Part shown: piece after piece, positions 37,068-46,990 of the stretch
How the letters are laid out: each line of letters starts with the position of its first letter
Position numbering within the stretch: position 1 is the first letter of the stretch
NCBI GenBank assembly: GCA_963761905.1
Contig: CAVXIQ010000009.1
Span: forward strand, 12,725 to 76,724
DNA length: 64,000 nt
Source: an uncultured Gaiellaceae bacterium
Lineage (GTDB): Bacteria; Actinomycetota; Thermoleophilia; Gaiellales; Gaiellaceae
Direction of reading: 5' to 3'
Notes under the pieces: generated by a model
What the model was told of the DNA's origin: nothing
The model's database searches: none
Seen by the model: the letters and a program-made list of their open reading frames with translations, nothing else
Position numbers and translations under genes: made by a program

Positions 37068-39593
37068 TCAGCTTGAGGCTTCTACCGGAGTTCGAGGTGT
37101 CGGGGCGTCTCCCTGCATGATCGTCTCCACGCGGCCGCGCATCTCCTGCTCCAGCTGGTCGGAGGCCTCGGCGGATTCTCCTTCGGCGAAGACGTGCAGG
37201 AGCGGCTCGTCCGGATCGGGAAGCACCTGCATCCAGCCGCGCGAATCGAGCAGCTTGATCCCGTCGGTCACGTCGACGTCGCGGTCGGAGAGCTGCTCGT
37301 TGAGGATTCGCATCACGAGGCCCTTCTTCGCCCAGGGGCACGCGAGCTGGCGATGGATCAGCGTCGACTCGGGGAGCTCGGCGACGAGCTCGGACAGCGG
37401 GCGCTCGACCGGCGCGAGCAGCTCGAGCAGCTTGGCGAGACTCGCGACGGCGTCGTAGGCGGGCAGAAACTCGGGGAAGACGTAGCCGCCGCCGACGGCC
37501 CCGGCGAAGACGACTCCGCCGGCTGCCGCGGCGCGCGTCAAGTCGGCGAGCGAGTGCGGCGTTCGCACCACCTCGAGCGCCCCGTCCACGAGCCTGTCGA
37601 CCTGGCTCGTCACGGTGATCGGAAAGGCGACCTTGCCCGTGGCGCCGCTCGCCGCGAGGAGCTTCAGGAAGAGGAGCAGCGTCTGCTCGACCGGCACCTC
37701 GCGACCCTGCTCGTCGACGAGATAGAGACGCTCGGCCCCGCCGTCGAAGACGACGCCAAGGTCGGCGCCGATCGCGGTGACGAGCCGTTTCGCGTTTCCG
37801 ACCGCCTGCGCGAGCGTCTGCCGGGAGTCGGCTCCCTCCGCGAAGAAGCCATGCGCGGAGATCGCCTCGACGCCGAGCGGCCCGACCACGAGCGGCACGA
37901 CGAAGGAGGCCGCCGAGTAGCCGTAGTCGATCACGATCCGAAAGCCGCGCGCGCGGATCGCGTCCGCGTCAAGGCCGTCCAGGAGGTCTTGCGCGTAGCT
38001 CTCCCGGACGCGCGCGGGATACGAGACGGAGCCGACGCCATCTGCGGCGACCCGGCGCAGCTCCTGACGCGTGAAGTTCGTCTCGATCTCCTTCTGGAGC
38101 GACGCCGTGAGCAGGATGCCGGGCGGCTCGTAGATCCGGATGAACACGGCCTCGGGATCCAGGTGGCTCTGGCCAACGTGGACCGCTGCGGCGAACGCCT
38201 GCGTCTTCAGGACGTGCCTGCTGACCGCCGGGGGCGAGACGCGGAGGTCGGCGACGTCGACTCCGGTCGCGTTCAGGCCGGAGATGAGGCAGCGCTTGAT
38301 CATCCGGCAGGCCTGACCGGAGTCGCGGCTCGCGACCACACGAGCGCCGCGCTTCAGGGCGGTGCCGAGGGCAGCCGCGAGCCGTACGGCCGTCTCGGGA
38401 GTGAGATCGACGTTCACGAGGCCTCCGACCCCGTCCTTGCCGAAGAGGCGCGACGAGGCGCGCGACTCCCAGATCAGGTTCTCGTAGATCTGCGAGCCGG
38501 TCTCGACCTCCTTGAACGGGTAGATCCGGACGTGCGGCAGAACGCTCGACTCGGAGCCGATCGTGACCTCGTCGCCGATCGCCACGCCCTCATGGATGTG
38601 CACGTGGTCACGGATGTCGCACGACCGCCCGACGACGGCGCCCTCGAGCAAGCTGCTGCGGCCGATGTGCGTCGCAGCGTCGATCACCGTTCGCGTCGTG
38701 CGCGCTCGCTCGCGGAGGGTGACGCCGTTCGAGAGCACCGTGTACGGGCCGACGGAGGCGTCTCGCGCGATCCGGCTGTAGTTGCCGATGAAGGCCGGAC
38801 CTTCCAGATCCTCGACGTCGTCGATCTCGGCGCCTTCGCCGAGCCACACGTTTCCCCGAAGGCGGATCCCGCCGATGTTGAGTCGGACCTTCTCGTCGAG
38901 CGCGTCGAAGTTCGCCTGCCGGTACTGGTCGAGGTTGCCGATGTCCTGCCAGTAGCCGTCGAGCACGAAGCCGTAGAGCGGCCGTCCCATCTCGAGCAGG
39001 AGCGGGAAGAGCTCCTTCGAGAAGTCGAACGGGCCTTCCGCCGGAATGTGGTTCAGCACCTCCGGCTCGAGCACGTAGATCCCGGTGTTGATCGTGTCGG
39101 AGAAGACCTGGCCCCAGGAGGGCTTCTCCAGGAAGCGCTCGACCTTGCCGTCCTCGTCGGTGACGACGATTCCGAACTCGAGCGGATTGTCCACCGACTT
39201 GAGCCCGATCGTCACCGCCGCTCCCTTTTCCTTGTGGCAGGCGACGAGGGCGCCGAGATCGACGTCGCAGAGCGCGTCGCCGGAGATCACGAGGAAGGTC
39301 TCGTCGAGCTTCGAGCTGGCGAGGCGAACCGACCCTGCGGTGCCGAGCGGTAGCTCCTCGACGGAGTACTCGATGTTCAGCCCGAGGGTGTCGCCGGTTC
39401 CGAAGTAGCTACGGATCGACTGCGGAAGGAACGCGAGCGTGACGACGACGTCCTCGAAGCCGTGGCGCTTGAGCAGCTCGAGGATGTGCTCGATGCACGG
39501 CTTGCCGACGATGGGCACCATCGGCTTCGGCTGATTCGAGGTGAGCGGCCGCAGGCGCGTGCCCTCGCCGCCCGCCATCACGACGGCTCTCAT
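37068..39593 (-). CDS. Bifunctional sugar-1-phosphate nucleotidyltransferase (ManC-like, with LbH domain) fused to a phosphomannomutase/phosphoglucomutase domain
   Basis: [33 protein letters not shown], hexapeptide repeats, then PGM/PMM domains. 841 aa, intact. ATGA overlap with pgsA. Confidence 0.85.
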   Translation of the reverse strand: MRAVVMAGGEGTRLRPLTSNQPKPMVPIVGKPCIEHILELLKRHGFEDVVVTLAFLPQSIRSYFGTGDTLGLNIEYSVEELPLGTAGSVRLASSKLDETFLVISGDALCDVDLGALVACHKEKGAAVTIGLKSVDNPLEFGIVVTDEDGKVERFLEKPSWGQVFSDTINTGIYVLEPEVLNHIPAEGPFDFSKELFPLLLEMGRPLYGFVLDGYWQDIGNLDQYRQANFDALDEKVRLNIGGIRLRGNVWLGEGAEIDDVEDLEGPAFIGNYSRIARDASVGPYTVLSNGVTLRERARTTRTVIDAATHIGRSSLLEGAVVGRSCDIRDHVHIHEGVAIGDEVTIGSESSVLPHVRIYPFKEVETGSQIYENLIWESRASSRLFGKDGVGGLVNVDLTPETAVRLAAALGTALKRGARVVASRDSGQACRMIKRCLISGLNATGVDVADLRVSPPAVSRHVLKTQAFAAAVHVGQSHLDPEAVFIRIYEPPGILLTASLQKEIETNFTRQELRRVAADGVGSVSYPARVRESYAQDLLDGLDADAIRARGFRIVIDYGYSAASFVVPLVVGPLGVEAISAHGFFAEGADSRQTLAQAVGNAKRLVTAIGADLGVVFDGGAERLYLVDEQGREVPVEQTLLLFLKLLAASGATGKVAFPITVTSQVDRLVDGALEVVRTPHSLADLTRAAAAGGVVFAGAVGGGYVFPEFLPAYDAVASLAKLLELLAPVERPLSELVAELPESTLIHRQLACPWAKKGLVMRILNEQLSDRDVDVTDGIKLLDSRGWMQVLPDPDEPLLHVFAEGESAEASDQLEQEMRGRVETIMQGDAPTPRTPVEASS

Positions 39594-40141
39594 TCGGCGA
39601 CCTCGCGCCGTGCCGCAACGACGTACTGAGCAGCGGCGACGAGCGCAAGTCCGAGCCCGATCCAGAAGAGCCAGAGCGGCCAGGTCGTGTCGTGCCCGAC
39701 CACGGTCAGGATCCCGACCGCGAGATAGAGGATCCACGTGGCGAGCTTGCCGAGCCGGCTGACCGACACTTCGACGCCTTTCGGCATCAGCAGGCGGTAG
39801 CCCCCGACCAGGATCAGGTCACGGAGGACGATCACGAGCGCGCCGGGCCACGGGAGCTTTCCCTCGAGCCAGAGCAGGATCACGGCGGCGTCGATCATCA
39901 GCCGGTCGGCGAGCGGGTCGGCGAGCCTCCCGAAGCGCGACTCGACGTGCCAGCGGCGCGCCAGGAAACCGTCGACCTGGTCGGTGACGCCCGCGACGAG
40001 GAAGATCCAGCCCGCAGCCCAGCTCGAGCCGTCCTCGGAGGCCGCGTAGACGAGGACGAAGACGGGAATCAGCGCAAGCCGGAGAATCGTCAGCGCGTTC
40101 GGCAGCTGCGCCAGCGGAGCAGAGACGACGCGCGTGGCCAT
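39590..40141 (-). CDS. pgsA: CDP-alcohol phosphatidyltransferase (PgsA-like)
   Basis: [27 protein letters not shown] matches D-x2-DG-x2-AR...G-x3-D-x3-D. Confidence 0.86.
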   Translation of the reverse strand: MATRVVSAPLAQLPNALTILRLALIPVFVLVYAASEDGSSWAAGWIFLVAGVTDQVDGFLARRWHVESRFGRLADPLADRLMIDAAVILLWLEGKLPWPGALVIVLRDLILVGGYRLLMPKGVEVSVSRLGKLATWILYLAVGILTVVGHDTTWPLWLFWIGLGLALVAAAQYVVAARREVAE

Positions 40142-40216
40142 GCCCGGAGGATAGACCGTCGGCGCGGCGGGACTCAGGTGGGGCCGGTCGTGTCGTCGGC
40201 CGTCTACGCTCCTCGG

Positions 40217-41230
40217 ATGGAGGATTCGCTCACGCTGCCGGGGTTCGTCAACGCCCACACGCACACGTTCCAGCGAGCTCTCCGAGGTCGCGCCGGCGGC
40301 GCCGACTTCTGGGCCTGGCGCGACCTGATGCTGGCCGAGGCGGAGCGCCAGACTCCGGAGCTCGTCCGCGAGACGTACGCCTCCGGATACCGTGAGATGC
40401 GCGCTGCGGGGTACACCGCGGTCGGCGAGTTCCACTACCTCGGCGTCGCCGAAGCCCACGCCGCGGCCGAGGCGGCTCACGAGGCCGAAGTCGAGCTCGT
40501 CATCCTGCTCGCCGCGTACGCGCGCGGCGGACTGCCGAGGATGCGCCAGGAGTCCGTGGCGGCGTATCTGCGCGAGCTCGAGGAGCTGCGCGAAGCAGGG
40601 ATCCGCGTCGGCGTCGCCCCCCACTCCGTGCGCGCCTGCCCGCGCGACTGGCTGGAGGAGCTCGGGCGATACGCCACCGCCGAGAAGCTGCCGCTCCACA
40701 TTCACGCGGACGAGCAGCCGCGCGAGATCGAGGAGTGCGTCGCCGAGCACGGCTGCCGGCCGATCGAGCTCCTCGAGCGAACCGGCTGCCTCGGCCCGCT
40801 GACGACGGTCGTCCACGCCACGCACGCCGACGGCGCCGAGCTCGACCTCCTCGCGGAATCGGGTGCCACGATCTGCGCCTGCCCGACGACCGAGGCGGAT
40901 CTCGGCGACGGCTTCCTGCCTGCAGCGCGGATCGAGCACCGCCGGATCTCGCTCTGCATCGGCTCCGACTCGAACATCCGGATCGACCCACTCGAAGAGC
41001 TCCGCGAGATCGAAGGGATCGCCCGCCGGCAGACGGGCCGCCGCGGCGTCTTCGGAACCGAGCGGCTGCTCTGCTTCGGCGCGGACGAGGGCGCGCGCTC
41101 GCTCGGGCTCGAGTCGTGGCCCGAGATCGAGATCGACCTCGGTCACCGGTCGCTTGCAGAAGTCGCCCCGTCCGATGTCTTCGATGCGCTCGTCGCAGGC
41201 TGTGGCGCCGACGTGATTCGCCACGATTGA
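40217..41230 (+). CDS. Amidohydrolase-superfamily deaminase (formimidoylglutamate deiminase / guanine deaminase-like)
   Basis: LPGFVNAHTHTFQRALRGRAGG..DFWAWRD, GVAPHSVRA, HIHADEQ, VHATH, GSDSN. Confidence 0.72.
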   Translation: MEDSLTLPGFVNAHTHTFQRALRGRAGGADFWAWRDLMLAEAERQTPELVRETYASGYREMRAAGYTAVGEFHYLGVAEAHAAAEAAHEAEVELVILLAAYARGGLPRMRQESVAAYLRELEELREAGIRVGVAPHSVRACPRDWLEELGRYATAEKLPLHIHADEQPREIEECVAEHGCRPIELLERTGCLGPLTTVVHATHADGAELDLLAESGATICACPTTEADLGDGFLPAARIEHRRISLCIGSDSNIRIDPLEELREIEGIARRQTGRRGVFGTERLLCFGADEGARSLGLESWPEIEIDLGHRSLAEVAPSDVFDALVAGCGADVIRHD

Positions 41231-41264
41231 GCCCGGATAGGAGGGTCGCGCAGCCTCCCCGAGC

Positions 41265-42294
41265 TCAGCGCCGCTGGTCGAACCGTTGCTCGTGGGAACG
41301 CGCGCGGGCGAAGCGGGCCGTCCAGTAGGCGGTGCGCTCGAGGTAGGAGCGCTCGGCGGCCCGGCCGCGCAGCCCCCAGGCACCGTCGTAGCTCTCGTAA
41401 CCTCGCCGGGCGCCGCGCGCCGGCTCGATCTGCGTGCCCTCGTGCCACTCGTTGTAGCTCGTCACCGTGATCAGGTCGGGGCGGGAGCGGATCGCGCCCG
41501 TCCACATGCCGTCGTAGGTCGCCCCGTTGCGACGTGACCTGACCCGAGTGTCCCCTGTCGCCCGACGGGCGTCGTAGCCCGGCCCGACCGACGGTGCGCA
41601 GAGAAGCCGGAGCCGCCGCGCCTGCGCGCACAGCCGTGGAAAGAGGCCACCGTCGAAGAGAAGGACGTCGTAGGTGTAGACGCCGTCGAAGCCTCCCGCG
41701 GCGGCCTTGCCGGCCAGGTTCGTGTTGGCGAAGACCCGGATCCCGCTCAGGCTCTCGTTCATCGCTCGCCCAGTCGCCGTCGTCCAGCCAGGTGGAGGCC
41801 CAGATGTAGAAGTCGACGATCCCGAGCGAGCGGAGATAGGCGATGTCCAGCGCGACGCTGTCCACTGTTCGTCCCCCGTACGGCTCCACATGGACGGCAA
41901 CGGCAAGACCATGGAGCTGCGCGTGGGCGAGCACCCGCGGCAGCCGCTGATCCTCGACCGAGCCACGCCCCCACCAAGAGACGATCACGGTCGAGACGCC
42001 GGCGGCGGCGATCTCCCGCATCTGCGAAGCCAGCACCAGCGCATCGGCCGAGGAGTACGGGCCTCGGGCGGGGTAGAAGCCGGAGGCGATCTGCTGCGGC
42101 GGTGAGCTGCCGCCCTGCTGCCAGTGCGTGTAGGCGCCGTCGCGCGCGGCGGTTCCGAACCAGGGGTAGTAGAAGATCGCCGTCTCGGCCGCGGCGAGCG
42201 ACTCCCTGGCTCCTGGTCCGCCGACGTGCGCCCGCGCAGCGGCCGTCACCCCCAGGCAGGCCGCAACCACCAGGACGAAGAGCCGAATCCGCAC
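41265..42294 (-). pseudogene. Secreted GH99-like glycoside hydrolase, one frame break
   Basis: Signal peptide MRIRLFVLVVAACLGVTAAARA, then YYPWFG, VIVSWWGRGS and, after a shift near 41760-41770, GVYTYDV and TSYNEWHEGTQIEP. TAGAGT lies 9 nt before GTG 42294. Length is 3n+1. Confidence 0.62.
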
Positions 42295-42446
42295 CGACGC
42301 GCGACTCTACTCCGTGCGTCGGCTGGTTTCTACCCCTTTTCGAAGGTTTCGCGAGGTTCGAGCGTGGGCTCAACGGCGGTCAGAACGAGGCACACCCACT
42401 TCGACAGACCGAACCGGGAGCGAAGCGACCCTTTGGGGATCTTCGC

Positions 42447-42481
42447 GCGATGCGGGATCCGCTTCGCGGATCCCGCATCGC
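42447..42481 (-). terminator. Copy 2 of the hairpin repeat element, 10 nt downstream of tRNA-Pro (16-bp stem); likely tRNA terminator
   Basis: gcgatgcgggatccgc-ttc-gcggatcccgcatcgc, with flanks ggggatcttcgcgcga and tcgctgcaaac. Confidence 0.55.
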
Positions 42482-42491
42482 TGCAAACAGG

Positions 42492-42566
42492 TCGGGGCGC
42501 CCAGATTCGAACTGGGGATCTCCTGGCCCCCAGCCAGGCGCGATAACCAGGCTTCGCTACGCCCCG
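42492..42566 (-). tRNA. tRNA-Pro (anticodon GGG)
   Basis: Folded by hand. Acceptor CGGGGCG/CGCCCCG, D arm GCGA/TCGC, anticodon stem CCTGG/CCAGG with loop CTGGGGG, T arm CCCAG-TTCGAAT-CTGGG, discriminator A. CCA is not encoded. Confidence 0.88.
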
Positions 42567-42603
42567 TGAAGCCGCAGAGTCTAGCGGCCGTCCGGAAGCC
42601 GCG

Positions 42604-42903
42604 TCAGGCGCTGAGCCGCTTGTAAAGCCGGTCGATCAGATCGGGCTTCGCCTCGAGCCGATCCGTGATCACGCGGAGTCGGTACTCGCGGAAGTGCTCG
42701 GGCTCGACGCCGAGCGCCGTGGCGAGCCGGACGACGACGTCCATGGACGGCACCGGCCTGTTCCCGTGCACGAGATGATTCAGGTAGCCCGCAGAGAGCT
42801 GGGTCTTGGCAGCGAGGCCGCGATACGTGAGTCCGGCGTCGGCCATCAGGTGCTCGATCGTCGGCCCGAATGGCTCTTCGCTGTACTTCTTCCTCCGGCT
42901 CAT
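42604..42903 (-). CDS. XRE-family helix-turn-helix protein (99 aa)
   Basis: IEHLMADAGLTYRGLAAKTQLSAGYLNHLVHGNRPVPSMDVVVRLATALGV. ATGA overlap with the proS stop. Confidence 0.8.
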   Translation of the reverse strand: MSRRKKYSEEPFGPTIEHLMADAGLTYRGLAAKTQLSAGYLNHLVHGNRPVPSMDVVVRLATALGVEPEHFREYRLRVITDRLEAKPDLIDRLYKRLSA

Positions 42904-44585
42904 CGACGCTCGCCTACCCGATTTACCACCTCCAAACGCCCGATTCGCTCGTCCTCGCCGGTCGCGCGGGCGCGGACGTCGACAGCGTCGTCGTCGAGCG
43001 TCTTCTTGCCGATCGTGATCCGGACGGGGCAACCGATCAGGTCGGCGTCGGCGAACTTCTCGCCCGGACGCAGCTCGCGGTCGTCGAGGAGAACGTCCAT
43101 CCCCGCCGCCGACAGCTGCTCGCCGAGCTCGATCGCAAGCGCCAGGATCTCCTCGCTGCCGTGCGCGAGCGCGACGATGTGGACGTCGTAGGGCGCGAGC
43201 TCGTCCGGCCAGACGATCCCGTCCTCGTCGTGATGCTGCTCGACTGCTGCTGCCAGCACGCGTCCCGGCCCGATCCCGTACGAGCCCATCAGCGGGACTC
43301 GCTCCGTGCCGTCCTCGTCGAGGAACCGTGCGCCGAGCGGCTCCGAATAGCGGGTTCCGAGCTTGAAGATATGGCCGACCTCGATCGACGTCTGGAAGCC
43401 GAGGCGCCCCCCGCATTCGGGGCAGGCATCGCCTTCCTTGGGCTGGCGGATGTCCGCGAAGCGAGGCGCGTAGTCGCGGCCCGCCTGAACCCCGCGCAGG
43501 TGCCACCCGGTGCGATTGGCGCCGGCGACGTACTGGCCCTCGCGCAGCGCCTCGTCGGCGACGATCTCGCCGGAGAACCCGATCGGGCCGAGCGAGCCGC
43601 CCTCTGCGCCGAAGCCGGCCTGGATCTGCTCGTCGGTCGCGGGCACGAAGTCGGAGCCGAGCGCGGCCGCGAGCTTCGCCTCCTCGAGCCGGTCGTCGCC
43701 ACGCAGGAGCGCGAGCACGAGCGTCCCGTCGGTCCGGACGACGGGCATCGCCTTCGAGGTGGCTGCGAGGTCGATCGAGAGCAGCTCGGCGAGCGCCTCG
43801 CACGTCCGCGTCTCGGGCGTCTCGACGTCCGAGGGAGCATCGAGGCGCTCGGGGAAGCGCGCGGAGCGCGGGATGCCGCGCGCGATCTCCAGGTCCGCCG
43901 CGTAGTCGCCGTTCTCGCACGTGACGAGGGTGTTCTCCCCCGAGCCCGACGGCGCCAGGTAGTCGAACGACTCCTTGCCCCCCATCATCCCCGACTCCGC
44001 CTGGACGCCGTGCGTCTCGAGCCCGCAGCGCTCGAAGATCCGCTCGTAGGCGCCCTTGTGGAGCTGGAAGCTCCGGTCGAGACCGGCTTCGTCGCGGTCG
44101 AACGAGTAGGAGTCCTTCATCACGAACTCGCGGACGCGGAGGAGGCCACCACGCGGGCGCGGCTCGTCGCGGTCCTTCGTCTGGAAGTGGTACCACGCCT
44201 GCGGGAGCTCCCGATAGCTCTGCAGCTCGAGCGCATGGAAGGTGAACGTCTCCTCGTGGGTCAGCGGCAGGACGAAGCGGCGTCCCGCGCGGTCCTCGAG
44301 CTTGAAGAGCTCGGGGATCTGGTCGCGGCTCGTTTGCTCCCAGAGCTCGATCGGGGTGAGCACGGGCGCAAACCACTCCTGGGCGCCGATCGCGTCCATC
44401 TCCTCGCGGACGATCTGCTCGACCTTGCGATGCACGCGCCAGCCGAGCGGGAGGAACGTCCAGAGCCCCGCGCCCACCTGGCGGATGAAGCCGCCGCGGA
44501 CGAGCAGCTTGTGCGAGATCGCCTCCGCGTCCGCTGGAGCGTCGCGCAGGGTCGGCAGGAAGAGCTGGGACGCTCGGTGCAGCAT
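42900..44585 (-). CDS. proS: Proline--tRNA ligase
   Basis: Class II aaRS motifs FRDEPRPRGGLLRVREF and GIGPGR; MLHRASQLFLPTLRDAP start. 561 aa, intact. Confidence 0.95.
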   Translation of the reverse strand: MLHRASQLFLPTLRDAPADAEAISHKLLVRGGFIRQVGAGLWTFLPLGWRVHRKVEQIVREEMDAIGAQEWFAPVLTPIELWEQTSRDQIPELFKLEDRAGRRFVLPLTHEETFTFHALELQSYRELPQAWYHFQTKDRDEPRPRGGLLRVREFVMKDSYSFDRDEAGLDRSFQLHKGAYERIFERCGLETHGVQAESGMMGGKESFDYLAPSGSGENTLVTCENGDYAADLEIARGIPRSARFPERLDAPSDVETPETRTCEALAELLSIDLAATSKAMPVVRTDGTLVLALLRGDDRLEEAKLAAALGSDFVPATDEQIQAGFGAEGGSLGPIGFSGEIVADEALREGQYVAGANRTGWHLRGVQAGRDYAPRFADIRQPKEGDACPECGGRLGFQTSIEVGHIFKLGTRYSEPLGARFLDEDGTERVPLMGSYGIGPGRVLAAAVEQHHDEDGIVWPDELAPYDVHIVALAHGSEEILALAIELGEQLSAAGMDVLLDDRELRPGEKFADADLIGCPVRITIGKKTLDDDAVDVRARATGEDERIGRLEVVNRVGERR

Positions 44586-44594
44586 CGCGAGACC

Positions 44595-45728
44595 CTAGTC
44601 GAGAGGGATGAGCGAGGCTTCCGCCATCGCGAGCGCGGCGGGCTTCGCCATCTTCAGCCGCTTCGGGCGGGGCATCCCCGCCTCGATCCAGCGGTCGATC
44701 TCGACGAAGAGCTCGTCGATCAGCGTCTCGGAGGAGACCTTCTTGAGCACGCGGCCGTGCGCGTAGAGGAACCCCACGTCTCGGCCGCCGGCGATTCCGA
44801 AGTCGGCGTCGCCCGCCTCCCCCGGTCCGTTCACGGCGCAGCCCATGACCGCGACCTCGAAGGCCTCGGGATACGCCTTGAGCCGCTCCTCGACGACGAC
44901 CGCGAGGTTCTCGACGCCGACGTTGTCGCGCCCGCACGAGGGGCACGAGATCATCACCGGGCCGCGCTCCCGGAGCCCCAGCGCCTTCAGGATCTCGAAC
45001 GCCGCCTCGACCTCCTTGACTGGATCGGCGGTGAGCGAGACGCGGATCGTGTCGCCGATCCCGTCGACGAGCAGCGCCCCCATCCCGACCGCGCTCTTGA
45101 TCGAGCCCGAGAACGGCGTGCCGGCCTCGGTGACGCCGAGGTGGAGCGGGTAGGGCACCTTGTCCGCGAGCATCCGGTAGGCGCGGATCATCGTCGGCAC
45201 GTGACTCGACTTGACCGAGATCTTGAAGTCGCGGAAGTCGAGCCGCTCGAGCAGCTCCACCTCCTCGAGCGCGGCCTCGACGAGCGCCTCGGCCTGATCT
45301 GCCTGGGCGAGCTCTTCGAGGTGCTTCGGGAGCGAGCCGGAGTTGGCGCCGATCCGCATCGGGATCTTCGCCCGCTTGGCCGCGTTGACGACGAGCTCGA
45401 CCTTGTCCGGCCCGCCGATGTTGCCGGGATTGATCCGAACCGCGGCCACTCCGGCGTCGATCGCCTTCAGCGCCAAGGAGGCGTTGAAGTGGATGTCCGC
45501 GATCACGGGCAGCGGCGAGAGGCGAACGATCCGCTTCAGCGCCTCCGCGTCCTCGACCTTCGGAACCGCACAGCGAACGACCTCGCACCCGGCGGAAGCG
45601 AGCGCGGCGATCTGGGCGGTCGTCGCCTCGACGTCGCGGGTCGGCGTCAGCGTCATCGACTGGACGACGACCGGCGCGCCGCCTCCGATCGCGACGTTCC
45701 CGACCCTGATCCCGACGCTCGAGGCCAT
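44595..45728 (-). CDS. ispG: 4-hydroxy-3-methylbut-2-en-1-yl diphosphate synthase
   Basis: VVVQSMT, RINPGNIG, and cluster cysteines SCPSCGR...GCAVNGPGE. Confidence 0.95.
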   Translation of the reverse strand: MASSVGIRVGNVAIGGGAPVVVQSMTLTPTRDVEATTAQIAALASAGCEVVRCAVPKVEDAEALKRIVRLSPLPVIADIHFNASLALKAIDAGVAAVRINPGNIGGPDKVELVVNAAKRAKIPMRIGANSGSLPKHLEELAQADQAEALVEAALEEVELLERLDFRDFKISVKSSHVPTMIRAYRMLADKVPYPLHLGVTEAGTPFSGSIKSAVGMGALLVDGIGDTIRVSLTADPVKEVEAAFEILKALGLRERGPVMISCPSCGRDNVGVENLAVVVEERLKAYPEAFEVAVMGCAVNGPGEAGDADFGIAGGRDVGFLYAHGRVLKKVSSETLIDELFVEIDRWIEAGMPRPKRLKMAKPAALAMAEASLIPLD

Positions 45729-45750
45729 CGCCTACAGGGTAGCGAGGGCG

Positions 45751-45775
45751 ACTTTGTGTTCTATGAACACAAAGT
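45751..45775. promoter_or_regulatory. AT-rich perfect palindrome (11-bp arms, 3-nt centre) between the rseP stop and the ispG start
   Basis: ACTTTGTGTTC-TAT-GAACACAAAGT. It begins 2 nt after the rseP stop and ends 22 nt before the ispG ATG. Confidence 0.4.
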
Positions 45776-45776
45776 G

Positions 45777-46990
45777 CTAGCTGCCCAGCCGGCCGATGTC
45801 GTTCGAGAGGCCGATGAAGAAGAGGAGGAGGACGATCGCGATCCCGACGACCGACACCCGCTCGTAGACCTCGCGGGCGACCGCCTTGCCGCGGATCCCT
45901 TCGAGCAACGAGAAGGCGATGTGGCCGCCGTCGAGCGGGAGCAGCGGGAGCAGGTTCAGGAGCGCGAGCGAGAGGCTGATCAGGCCGAGCACCCAGAGAT
46001 AGGACTCGGCGCCCCGCTCCACCGCCTGCGACGAGCCTTGCACGATCCCGACCGGGCTCGAGATCTCCTCCCGTCCGTCGCCGGTCACGAGCCGGCCGAC
46101 GGAACCGCCGATCGCCTTCGTGACGATGCCGGTGACCTTGATCGCTTGCCACGCCGACTCGACCGGGCCGAGCGCCTCGCCCGAAGGGCGAAGCCGAGCC
46201 GGTAGGCGCCGTCGGTCAGCGCGGGACGAGCGGGACCGAGCTCGACCGACTCGCCGGCGCGAATCACGGTCACCGTCAGCTCCTGACCGTCCGAGCCGGA
46301 GATCCGCTCGGGGATCTCCCCCGGCGAGTCGATCGCCTGGCCGTCGATCGCGACGATCCGGTCCCCGGCCTGCAGCCCGGCGCTCGCGGCGGGCGAGTCG
46401 GCAACGATCTCGTCGACCGTCTGCGTCGCCCGGCCTCCGCCGGCCATGAAGAGCGCGGTGAAGAGGACGATCGCCAGAAGCAGGTTCGCGCCCGGACCGG
46501 CAAAGATCACGGCCACTCGCTTCCACGTTCGGGCGCGCCAGTACGCGTCCGGGCCGAGGGCGTCGCCGACGTCCTCCACGCCCCGGTCCGCCGCCTTTCG
46601 CGCGGGCGCCGACAGCTCTGCGCGCTCGAGCTCGGCCTTGAGCCTCGCGACCGCCTCCCGCGAGTGCTCGTGATCCTCGACCGCCAGGCGACGCCGGAGC
46701 TCCTCGACACAAGGCCCGAGCGCCGGCTGCTCGGAGACCGCGCGACCGAAGTGGACGTCGAGGTCGCCGGCTGCGGGCCGGTGCATGCCCGGGATCTTGA
46801 CGTAGCCACCCAGCGGGACGGCCCCGATCCCGTACTCGATCCCGTTGCGCGAGGTCTTCGCGAGCGCGGGCGGGAAGCCGATGTAGAACTTGCGCGGGTT
46901 CATCCCCACCGCTCGCGCGACGAAGAAATGACCGGCCTCGTGGATCAGGATCAAGAGCCCGAGACCCACGATCGAGATGAAGATGCTCAC
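45777..46990 (-). pseudogene. rseP: M50 site-2 protease (RseP/Rip1-like) with PDZ domain, one frame break
   Basis: HEAGHFFVARAVGM (HExxH), PDZ SPAASAGLQAGDRIVAIDG, then after a shift near 46185-46192 LLNLLPLLPLDGGH. Length is 3n+2. Confidence 0.8.

Noticed and set aside
45751-45775. Calling the AT-rich palindrome a Rex or CRP/FNR operator
   Set aside because: Those sites have even-spaced half-sites (TTGTGAA-N4-TTCACAA, TGTGA-N6-TCACA). This palindrome has an odd 3-nt centre and different inner bases.
42870-46205. 1111-aa ORF on the plus strand, the longest single ORF in the track
   Set aside because: It runs antisense to proS, ispG and rseP, which carry unmistakable family motifs. Its own translation is an Arg/Asp/Glu/Leu/Gly-rich string with no motif, the usual stop-free antisense artefact of very GC-rich DNA.
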